Source of the DNA: Lingula anatina
Lineage: Eukaryota; Animalia; Brachiopoda
NCBI GenBank assembly: GCA_051362555.1
Contig: CM120645.1
Span: forward strand, 11,842,001-11,906,000
DNA length: 64,000 bases
Reading direction: 5' to 3'
Within the stretch, counting starts at the first letter, position 1. Each line of letters starts with the position of its first letter. The notes below the pieces were generated by a model. It was given only the letters and a program-made list of their open reading frames with translations. It searched no databases and was not told where the DNA came from. Shown here piece by piece: positions 14,182 to 24,800 of the stretch. The position numbers and the translations under genes are program-made.

Positions 14182-15468
14182 ATATTTAGCGTATGATGTA
14201 ATTAACTAAAAAGTGTTATATAGCATAACATCTCTTATGTGTGAGTGTGTGAGCGAGTGTCTGTTTGTTTGTTTTTGTATTGTCATGTATTCGTGATGTA
14301 TTGTGTCAATAAAAAAAAAAAATTCTGAACGGACACTATTTTAAAAGAATAGTTGCAGAGAAGCGTAAAATGGACAACAAAGGGCTGCCAGAATAAGCGC
14401 TGGCGGAAAATTGAAGGGGGGTTCGAATCGGAAGACAGATTAAAAATCTGCCTATAGGTTAAGGTTAAAGGAACCGGAATAATTCCACGGTTGCGGCAGT
14501 TAAATAACTTATCTGAGTGAAGCAAAAATACTGGTAAAATGGAGTATAAATATTTGATGATTTTTATATTTTCAGCTCGATTAAAAGGACCCTCAGTGTC
14601 AATGCACATCTTCTAATTTCAATTTGACATAACTAATGTAAAGCGTAGTAGATCACGTAAAATCATAAGATCACTGAACATATATTCATAGTTTGAATCA
14701 TTCACGTTTATTTAATGCATATAGTTAATCAAATGAAATTTCTATCTCAAAAATATCAGAGATATTATAATCTTATAATTGTAATCTGTATTTTTAATTA
14801 CATACATTCAGTACGTGAAAAAATGTGACTTCACAATTTATGATATTTTCACCCAGAAGAAGTAGAGTGCATTGACATTTACGCTTTAAAAATGATGAAT
14901 ACGAAGTCGGATGCCACTTAACTTTTATCATGCATTATCTGTCTATAATTTTGGTAATATTAAGATTTTTCTGCACAGCTGCTATGTGCTGCTATTGCTA
15001 ATTTATACAAATGATCAACAAATATGCTCAAAATACGGACACCGTTGTATACTTCTAGGTTGGACAGTGCGTAAATGCTACTTTCCAGATTCGCGGTCAA
15101 AATATTTACGTGAAAATCGCTATGAGGAAATCCAACGCTGACAACAATAACCAGTTTCAATCATTTCATACTCACTCGTTGCTTGCTCAGGTACATTCTG
15201 CCGATTTCTGGGGAGTCCCACTCTTTAATAACAGACCCAAATCTCATACCAGACATTCTTGTACATGTATCCCAAAAAGTTAGACAATGACAATGCAGTA
15301 ATATTTATTAATTATGATGAAATGTAGTTTTTGGTTTTTGGCAGTGTAACTCAGAGTATCTACTGTTATAGAAGAGAAGAACGTATCTTCAGAGTTGTGA
15401 CACCCAGAAGGACAGCTAGCATAAGTTTTATGTTAGATCCGAGCCAGGGTGGCCATGCCCAGCGTATG

Positions 15469-17106
15469 CTACGAATCGCATATGGTTCTGAACAAAAGGT
15501 GGGCCAGTGTCATTCCAGCATGACCTTGAAATTTGCGTGGGCCTCTCGGACACAGAAAATGTGTTTTGTCACAGTCGGTCTCTTTCATCGGGTTGAGAAT
15601 ATGAAAACCATCAACCATTTCTACTCCGTATTTTACCAGCTTCTCCCGGATCATTTCGTTAACAGCTGCAACCATGTAATCATTGGCATCACTTTCACCC
15701 CTCACCCTCGGCAGAATGTTTAAGTACAGTAAACGGATATTTGCAGTTTTGGGATCCTCCCTTACCTTGCCAAGGAGGTCCACAAGCTTTCCAAAATCAT
15801 GTTTTACAAGATTGGAGGCACTTCTAAAGATTAAATCATGTATCCCAAATCCCATTAAAACCACATCATCTTTGGTAGCAGGCTTTTTTCTAAATCTAGA
15901 AGAAAGTGAACTGATTGCTTTTTCGCCATCAGAAGTAAAGGCAGCCCACATGTATATAGTATTGGTCAGACCTATAAGCCTTTTTTGGTAGGGAATATTG
16001 AGTGAGGAATTTTGCCTAGGTGTAGTGTGGCCTGCATATGAAGACATATGATGATGTTTCGACAACAATAGATTCAAGTAATTACTTGTAGCTCTAAGGT
16101 GTGAATCTCCAATGAATCTGAGAGTGGTTTTTCTATTGTAACAATCCCAAAGGTCTGCCTCATTCATAAACTGAAAAATACATTTTTCTTTAGTTCCCCA
16201 TTTCCACTGTCCTCCAATTTTCCACCAGCGTCCATGCAGGTATTCCTCAATGGTTGCTCTGTCACAGTTTCTAAATACCTTCTGTTTCTCTGTATTCTCG
16301 TGGTAAAAATAGCTGAATGAATGGATTTTTTTGTGGATTCTACAGGGGTATGGTAGTTTTTTTCCACTGGTATGGTGTCTAAACGCTTCAAAGTCCGTGT
16401 AATCTAAGTATACTGTACCTTGTATACTAGACTGAACATCACAATATGCGACGTAGGTTCCATTAAAGAAATCTCTCACCGGACACACCATGGATTCATT
16501 TCCTGTTACCTCAATTCGGAAATTACTTCCCCCAGTTGACAAAACGGTCTTATTTGTCGAGATCTTTGTGCTTTCTTCTATTACGACATACATAATATGG
16601 GTTTTAGACATTGCCACGTTGACATCGTAACTGTAACTGTTATTCACAGTCATGTTAGCGTAGCAACGTTTATTTTCAGCATTAGGGCTTAAACTCGACC
16701 AGGCACGCTCTAGTTGTTCCTTTTCAGGAATACCATTTCGAACCCAGTCTTTTTCTTCCGTAAGATCATCCTCTCGATACTCGTGGGTGATTTCACCTTT
16801 GAATGGACTCATATAGGGTTCTGTTGTTCTCCTAAAATTCGACCAGGTACGCCTTAGTTGTTTCTTTTCAGAAACACCTTTTTCATTTCTGACCAAGCCG
16901 TGTACATCTATAGGCCTACGTCTGTTGGTCATTTCATGCTTTAATTGAACCCAATCGGTTTTCTTTGCTTTCCTTGACGGCTGGATAGCAATATATGTTA
17001 TATGGAATTCAAACCGAACCAAGGCAAAGTATATAAAATAACCAACGATTGCAAGTCCCATAATATAAAATGCGCCAGCACGACTTGTTAAAACACCTAT
17101 TCCCAT
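15469..17106 (-). CDS. NXPE/PC-esterase-like type II membrane protein (SGNH fold; putative glycan O-acyltransferase or esterase), intronless
   Basis: Long single ORF with first ATG at 17106. N-terminal hydrophobic anchor (FYIMGLAIVGYFIYFALV), NXPE-like segment GGSNFRI...VRDFFNGTY, catalytic FIGDSH and C-terminal DKTH (DxxH). Confidence 0.75.
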   Translation of the reverse strand: MGIGVLTSRAGAFYIMGLAIVGYFIYFALVRFEFHITYIAIQPSRKAKKTDWVQLKHEMTNRRRPIDVHGLVRNEKGVSEKKQLRRTWSNFRRTTEPYMSPFKGEITHEYREDDLTEEKDWVRNGIPEKEQLERAWSSLSPNAENKRCYANMTVNNSYSYDVNVAMSKTHIMYVVIEESTKISTNKTVLSTGGSNFRIEVTGNESMVCPVRDFFNGTYVAYCDVQSSIQGTVYLDYTDFEAFRHHTSGKKLPYPCRIHKKIHSFSYFYHENTEKQKVFRNCDRATIEEYLHGRWWKIGGQWKWGTKEKCIFQFMNEADLWDCYNRKTTLRFIGDSHLRATSNYLNLLLSKHHHMSSYAGHTTPRQNSSLNIPYQKRLIGLTNTIYMWAAFTSDGEKAISSLSSRFRKKPATKDDVVLMGFGIHDLIFRSASNLVKHDFGKLVDLLGKVREDPKTANIRLLYLNILPRVRGESDANDYMVAAVNEMIREKLVKYGVEMVDGFHILNPMKETDCDKTHFLCPRGPRKFQGHAGMTLAHLLFRTICDS

Positions 17107-18494
17107 CTTTGTAAATATGGCGATAGTCAATGTTGTCTCTTGTTTTGAAACTCTCCTGTCGTTTGCCTATTATGGACGTTTTCTTTCACTATGATTTGCC
17201 TCGATCATTCTACACTGCATGTGCACGGCTTCTTGGCATAATAGACCACGAACTACCACCTACAGGTTTCGTTCGGTAATGATCTGAATGATTCAGAAGC
17301 AAGTCTCTCCCAGCGTGAATATATGGATTGTTGAATTAATCTTTCCACTGACAGTTTTTATCTGTATATTTTCTTACCGTCTAATTTTACTAAGGAGCCT
17401 TCTTCAGGACAAAATGGCCATGCGCTCATGTCCTAATGCTGAGTTGTATTCATTGAACAATTATCCTATGACTGTAAATACAGTCTTTTCATTTATGATT
17501 ATAGGCCTATAACACACTGCCGGCTGCATTATGCAAACTCATGTACCACCATTTGTTTTAAATTTTAATTTGCTCAAAATGTTTCACTGATATAAAGTGA
17601 ATACTTTATGGTTTTAATGTGACCACAATATGCGGGTGGATTCTTATAACGAGCTATTTTTCAAAAAGTGTGTTTAGGAGTGCCAGTTCCCAGATAGCAA
17701 AGAGTGGTCGCGCCAACGTCGGCCCGACGACTTTGCCTCCGTCGGGCCAACGTTGGCAGACGACGTCGGTTCGAAGTCGGCGTGTCCGGCGGCCCGCCGT
17801 CGGCCCACCGGTGGTCTGCCACCGTTTTGCCAACGTCGCACCGACGCTGGGCCGACGTCATTATGGATAAACGGCGGTCAGCCGCTGTCATGCCGACAAT
17901 TTGCCAACTTCGCGCCAACGTCGGGCCAACGTCGTTATGAGCTATTACTATAGGCGGTTAGCCGCTGTTATGCCGACCTTTTGCCGACGTCGCGCCAACG
18001 TCGGGCCAACGTTATTATCGATAACCGGCGGTCAGCCACTATAATGCCGACCTTTTGCCGACGTCGCGCCAACGTTGGGCCAATGTCGTTATGAGCTATT
18101 ACTATCGGCGGTTAGCCGCTGTTATGCCAACGGTGCCACCTTCTTGCCAACTTCGCGCCAACGTCGTTAACCATCGTTTTACCACCGTTATGCAAATAAT
18201 GCCGTTCTTTAATTAGCCAATGTTATTATGGACTCTCCATGGTCAGCCAGCTATGACTCAATTGGCGAACGTTGGCAATAGGGTAGCAGCGGCGTTTCTT
18301 CGTAATAACCCTCTCACTGAAGTGAAAAAGTCCCGTTGGCCTAAAAGATAATAATAATAACAACGTGAATCATGTTTTGTGAAGAAACATCTTTATAAAT
18401 CTGAGTGAGTTAATAACGATAATTCAATTAGTTATTGAAAATAAATATTATTACTGATGCATCTCTAAAGATCTACTTTACAGATGTCATATAT

Positions 18495-18533
18495 AATCCA
18501 AGCTTTCGGTCCCTAGGCCTTCTTCAGAGACAT
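18495..18533 (-). ncRNA. Minimal type I hammerhead ribozyme-like motif (Penelope pLTR type)
   Basis: Minus strand reads atgtct-CTGAAGA-agg cctaggga cc-GAAA-gct-t-ggat. This gives a CUGANGA and GAAA core, a short stem II, a palindromic AGCT stem III and a weak stem I. It lies ~110 nt downstream of the GIY-YIG stop. Confidence 0.6.
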
Positions 18534-18640
18534 TAAAAAAATGGTGAAGAAAAACTCCTGGGGTATGTGGCGTCGATGATGTATTAAAGGCACGCGATGC
18601 TGCAAAAGCGTCCAAAACGCTAAACGTAACATATAAAAAA

Positions 18641-18990
18641 TCAATATTCATTTAAGAAACTATTGTCCCTACTGAGTCCATTATTCAAGGTGTCTAGTGT
18701 TCTAATACATTTCTGTACGACGATCCGTCTTTGCCTAGTGTCGTTTCCTTTTAAGACGGTGACGGTGATGCCTTTTGCTGAGTGTTGTGTTGTCCCACAG
18801 GCACGAAGAGGTTTTTGTTGTTTATAGGGCAGCGGTGGTGTCTAATTCTGTCTTTTAATTTCTGCCTCGTTTCCCCGACGTACATTTGATGGCATTGTTA
18901 ACATCATATCAAATAGATGACGCTCTGTGAGTCGCAAGATTTGCAGCATATCTTTGACTACGACACTACGCTAGAAAGAAGTGACTGTGG
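18641..18990 (-). pseudogene. Degenerate GIY-YIG endonuclease (3' end of a Penelope-like element) inside the CACTA element
   Basis: Minus-strand translation SCDSQSVIYLI*C*QCHQMYVGETRQKLKDRIRHHR, then after a frameshift ITVTVLKGNDTRQRRIVVQKCIRTLDTLNNGLSRDNSFLNEY*. The VIY...YVG...R...GLN-type pattern matches PLE endonucleases. Confidence 0.8.
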
Positions 18991-21373
18991 CCTTAATTCC
19001 CACACGGGACGAAGAGGAATGATGATGATGACTAAGATTCATCTGAGGAACTCTGCTGCGGCGCCTGGGCTGCTTCTCTCTCTGTGAAGAGAATAGAAAA
19101 AATATAAAAACTCACACTTAATCTAATAAAACATACAAAATTCACCGTTAATATCATATGTTATTTCACTGATATGCAAAATAAAAAACGGCTAAGAAGA
19201 CAACTGAAACCAAGCTTAAGGAATCTAGCATGATACTGATCCACGTTTCTCTAACTATTATTTTTCTATTTGCGATGTGAAATGTTCTAAACTTTATGAG
19301 GTCAGGGACAGACAGGTTAGTTTTGTACGCTCGATTTTGGCCGCAACGAATCAACAATCCATGTTTCTCTATCGTATTATTGAACCGTTGGTTTCAGTTG
19401 TCTTCTAATGACTTATTTCCTAGTTCGCATCCAATCCACCCGCGCTTATTCGTAATGTTGCATATTGAAATGAAGTTGTTAATGTATACTTTGAAATGTA
19501 GACGAAATAATGTAATTATTTTCCAGGGAAGTGGTTACTCTGCTTAATATATTACCCTTCTTCTTCTCCAGCCTTCTCCTTCTACCCCCATCCCTGTCAC
19601 TAGTTACATATATTTTAAGAAGAATAATGTACTTAATTCCAGAAGAGAGTCGCAGGCAAGAAGTAGGCTAAATTAATTTCTTAGTTGTTTACTAATTAAT
19701 CCATTGATAGGGATGATATAAGTTAAACTACTGCATCTTACCATGGCTATGACACACTGAAGCACTTTAACTATATACACACATACCTTTCAAGTGTATT
19801 TTCTTGTGAGGATTGACTGCTCAACACAGGCGACAAATAGGTAGTAATGCATGATGGAAGACTATAAGAGAAATATGAGATACATATTAAGTGTGGCTTT
19901 GTAATGTGCACAAAATGCCTTGTCTAATTATGAGCCTAAACCAAAAAAAGAAACATTATTATATCATACCCTGTGGGTATTTGACTAAACATCTAGAAAA
20001 AAATTCAATTTAAACTTGCCCCCCCCCCCCCCCCCTCCCTAAAAGAACCACCTCTGGATATTTTAGGTTAGCCTACTGAGGTCCATTTTTGAACAGAAAA
20101 CCTGTAAAAATCTGAGTGAACATTATACCCCTTAATGCTAAACTCAGTTTGGAATGTATGCCATAAGGTTTATCCAGTGTTAAACCCATGCTGACATTAT
20201 AAGTTTACATGTTAGTATCATGCAGCCTTGCTATATACCCCTATTATATAAGCATTTCAAATTCAACTAGAGAAAATATAAACAATATATACTCCTTAGT
20301 ACAAAAAAAGTACTAGAACGTTGCTCATTCACATTTATAAATTGTCTATACATGAAATGTGGTAATTGAAATGTCTTTCAAAGCATAAAAGAATTTGAGC
20401 GGGAAAATCTTTTTGGCCGCCGGAAACCCAACATCGCCCCGACGTTGGTTCAAAGGTAGCATGCAGCGTGCCAACTGCCTGCAGCTACGACTAACAAATT
20501 ATTGACAGATTTGCCTGTTTTCGTTAATTCATCTACAACAAATAAACCTCCACCTATAGTACGAAAAACATAAACACTTTAAAGTAAATACTTACCTAAC
20601 AATTTGGTGCAAAATACGGAAAATATGAAATAACCGTCAAGTGCACTTGCAACGATCTATGGCCGCTTAGTGTGGGTGACCTCGATTTGAAATTGGCCGC
20701 TTAGTGCAAATCAAGCACAGCTGGTGAGCCACCGTTATACCGACGTCGGGCCGACGGCGTGAAGCAGTCGTCGGCCCGACGTCGGGTCACTAGTAGTGGC
20801 CCGACGCACAGCTGATGAGCCACCGTTATACCGACGTCGGGCCGACGGCGTGAAGCAGTCGTCGGCCCGACGTCGGGTCACTAGTAGTGGCCCGACGTCG
20901 GCCCGACAACGACTGCCGACCGCGACCGTGCCGACCAATGCCGACGTCGGCCCGACCGCTCATTGCTATCTGGGTTATAATCTATACTCCCTTACCAAAA
21001 GAGTGTCACCCTAACGCAATGCGTAAACTGATACAGAAAATCACATTCTTAGAGGATTTTTCACTAATATTTACTGATTGTTCAACCAATGGATAAACTA
21101 ACCATATAGTTTTTTTTTTTAATCAAGCCATATTTTAGCATTCTGTACAGTATCTTCTGGATTGGAGGACACACCTGTCTTGTCTGTGCGTGGAGTCAAA
21201 ATAGTTCTGGAACGTTTGCGCAGTGATAGCGTTCCATATGCGATGCAAAGATATAGTATAGTATGCAGTGGAAAGATTTTTTGCAGTGTTTTTCCCTCAG
21301 TTATCCAGTTTTGAAGATATCCTACGCATTCTTAATGAGGTTGTAATCTAAGAATTGAGATGGCCATTGGGAA

Positions 21374-21374
<1 letters not shown>

Positions 21375-21407
<33 letters not shown>
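21375..21407. repeat. Poly-G tract
   Basis: More than 30 consecutive G. Confidence 0.9.
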
Positions 21408-21408
<1 letters not shown>

Positions 21409-21784
21409 GGATCTGGTTCGCATATTACCAGTCTGCTGTTGCGTTGGCTGTACGTAGAATAGTATTGTCATGCTGAAACATAAATGGGTGATCATGGTCC
21501 CCAAAGATATCCTGAACAGAACTCCTAAAGTTGCCCGGAGACCCGCCAACTCCTCACCAGAAACTTTGTCACAACCAGCACAATCTTCACTAACACAATC
21601 TCAAATTGGCTACTTCAAATCAGTTGTCAAATAGCCACACCAAATTCCGAAAACTGAATTCAGACACCAGAAGCATTCATTTCAGAGTAAAAAGGCCTTG
21701 AGAAAAAGCAAACTACTCTGAGACAGGGCTGACATCATTCTCTTTTTAAAAGTCCTTAACCGCACTGTCAGTACACCGTACAAA

Positions 21785-21810
21785 GATCACGTGATCGACA
21801 AAATGGAGGC
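21785..21810 (+). promoter_or_regulatory. Candidate THNSL1 promoter elements (palindromic E-box gatCACGTGatc, YY1-like caaaatgg)
   Basis: Motifs lie ~100 bp upstream of the ATG at 21891. Function is inferred from motif and position only. Confidence 0.35.
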
Positions 21811-21890
21811 TTTTGGACACGGCTAACCCTGGCTGCTACACTCGCTGTTTCATGACGGTTCATGACGTTTTTAAACAAAGAAAACCAAAC

Positions 21891-24800
21891 ATGTTGTCAG
21901 CGTTAAAATGTTTCAAGGCAACAGGGGTGTCACAGGCACTACGCCGTAATTTTGTGTCAAGGGGAACATGTTTGAAAGTATGCGTTTGAGAGAAGATAAA
22001 TGTAAAATAATATATGCTAGCATTGATAATGAAAGTGACACGTAAACCGTAGTGGTACAGTACTGACACTGGCAGTGGCGGCATTTTGTGATGTTTGTGT
22101 AATTGATATCTGTAACAATGCATCAGCTATTAAAAGTACTACAGTTGCGTGCTGTATAGGGGTTTGTTCCGTTAATATGTTCAAGTTTTTCAAGTGGAGC
22201 AATTTAATTGCAAGTTTTTGGCAAATGGTCGTAAATAATTTAGAAATCAATCTTTCTTTTAATTTTGATATCTCTCGAGTTCATCTTTCAAAATGAACTC
22301 ATAAATCAACTGAGAAATCATCTCGTTGTTATATGATTTTATACCACAGCATACTGTATATGTTAATTATATTATAATTTTTCAATTTTTAGAACAACAT
22401 ATTTCTGATGGGTAGTCCAGGCTCAGGGAAGACCACAGTGGGCAGACTGCTGGGGGACAGGCTGGGGAAGAGAGTGATTGACGTGGACAATGACCACCTG
22501 GAATCCTACTGGAATATGTCCGTGGCTGACAAGGTGAACATCACAGACCGTTAGGGGAGGGGGGTGCTTTTTTAATACACGATTGATGATGTCAGATTAA
22601 TCTCTCAATTTTAATGTGATTGAGTACATTTGTGTTTCTCAAAAAAATCATTGCTTATGAATTTAAGTTCTGATTGCTTTTAAAAAAGACAAAAAATAGA
22701 TAAATAAATAAAGATACATGATTAAAATTGCTAATTTAAAGATATGATATTGATGGTTTAGAAAATCAAAATATTAAAACAAATAATTTTGTTATAATCA
22801 GTAACAATCTTTTCATTATAGCTGCAACAGGTAGGTGGAGATCAGTTTCTCCAAGATGAAGGAGAGGCTCTCTTAAACCTCAGGGCAGAGGACAGCATAA
22901 TTTCCCTCTCTGGGTCTAACCCCATGCACCCTGCTGCCATGGAACACATACAGAGGACAGGCATGGTGATCTTTCTGGACGTCCAGCATGATAACATCGT
23001 GGACAGACTGGAGAGGATGAAGGTCAACCGTATAGTAGGTCAGGGACGGGGAGTCCCCATGATTGATATACTGAAGTATCGGCAGCAGTTTTATGAAGGA
23101 AATTATGATTTGAGGATATTGTGTGAGGATGGAGAAACACAAGAAAGTATCGCTGATAAGATTGTGAAGTCACTAGGTGAATTTAAGTCCCCTCCTCACA
23201 GATATACTTCAACTAGATCTAATTTGGGTAAAGGAAGTGCAGAAAATCATAAATCTTTTTGTGATGTAGTTTTAGAAGGTTTGGCCCCAGATAAGGGACT
23301 GTACATCAGAAATGGCGCCTTCCCAAAATTTACACCTGGAGAACTTCAGCGGCTGCTCCCTCTCAGTTACCAAGAAAGGGCCCTTAGGATACTGGAAAAG
23401 TGGATCCATCCTGATGACCTTCACCCCAGGTTGCTAGGTAACATGATAAACAATGCATATTCTTTGTCTAGTTTTAATTGCCATAAGGTATTCCCACTGG
23501 TGCATCTCTGTGGCAACCAGTATTTGATGGAGTTATTCCACGGACCTACTGCCTCTTTCAAGGACGCTGCACTGCAGTTAATGCCACAATTCTTCCAGCA
23601 TTCTTTGGATACAAAAGAAGACTCAAATACAAGGTGACTGTTGTTGATGATTTTAAATCACAAAATTTAATCAAAATTTATTAAAAAGAACCAAGAGGTT
23701 GGCTGTTTGAGAAAAAAAAGCACGTATAATTTTTTTGTTTGTTGTTCTTCAAAGAAAATTTAAAATATTGTTTGTTTTCAGAGATATGATTTTTTGTCTT
23801 CCCTTTTAAGGTATCCTCCCTTCTGTAGAAACAAACTTGTATACCACTGTAGGATGAATCAATAATATTTTATATGACTTCAAATGCCATGTTACAAGAT
23901 ATTTTCACTGCAATAAAATATTTACAAGAATTTTAAATATATGACATGGCACACAATATTTCATTTTGTTGCAGATATTAAATCATAGATCTCTGTCAAG
24001 GATAAATGTTTAGTTGTAAAACATGATATTCCATCTGTTTGCAGGTATCTCATACTAGTGGCGACATCTGGTGACACAGGAGGGGCTGTGTTAGATGGCT
24101 TTGCAAAACACGCAGGTACAAAAGACACCTCATACTGCAACTACATTGATTTCTCCCACAGTCAAGATTTATTTTAAGCCTAACTGATGAAAATTTCTAT
24201 TTAATTACCGTTTGAATGTGTAAACAAGCCTGCAGATGCAGTTGATAACTTTCAAAAGATTAATTAGTTTTGCAATACAGATTTTCCTCTTTATCCCCAT
24301 TCTCAGTCTGATTAATTAAACTGGTGACTGAGACTTAAACTCTAGGCCCCTAAACATTCAAGAATTTTTCCTGTGGCCAATATAGGATACTGTATTGTAT
24401 AATTTTACAGTCACTGTGGTTGTATTAAGATTCGGACATCTTAGGTATTGTACAAAGCTTGTGTACCAGTACATGTGTATGTGTTTACACTTACAAACAA
24501 ATCTTATCATCTATCAGTCTAATTGCTATTTCAATCACAAACAATATTACCAAGTACATTTACTATGATTTAATTTCATGTATTGATGGATATTATTTTA
24601 GGACCTAGAGTAGGAGTGATGGTTCTGTATCCTAACCAAGGTATTAGTCCAATACAAAAACTTCAGATGACATCCATGACTGGTGACAGAGTTTCTGTGG
24701 TCGGTAAGTTTTTATACAGAACTTCTGATTTTTATGTACAGACACAGATGTGTCTGTACATATTGCCATCACCTGCGTCTGTCATCGCCGTCGTCGCCGT

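Larger units (their letters stand above)
8896..14320 (+). mobile_element. Full-length L1/Tx1-clade non-LTR retrotransposon, disabled
   Basis: 17-bp TSD aattctgaacggacact at 8879-8895 and 14321-14337. AATAAA runs into a poly(A) tail at ~14308-14322. ORF1 and ORF2 are both present. Confidence 0.93.
17689..20974. mobile_element. Non-autonomous CACTA/EnSpm-type DNA transposon (3.3 kb)
   Basis: TIRs CCCAGATAGCAA / TTGCTATCTGGG. 2-bp TSD TT at 17687-17688 and 20975-20976. Dense GC-rich palindromic subterminal repeats (ccgacgtcgg / ccaacgtcgg) at 17710-18170 and 20735-20960. No transposase ORF. Confidence 0.85.

Noticed and set aside
17619-18170. GC-rich Arg/Pro-rich ORFs and repeat units resembling a CRISPR array or bacterial insert (also 20735-21096)
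   Set aside because: They are the palindromic subterminal repeats of the CACTA element. There are no unique spacers or cas genes, and the context is eukaryotic.
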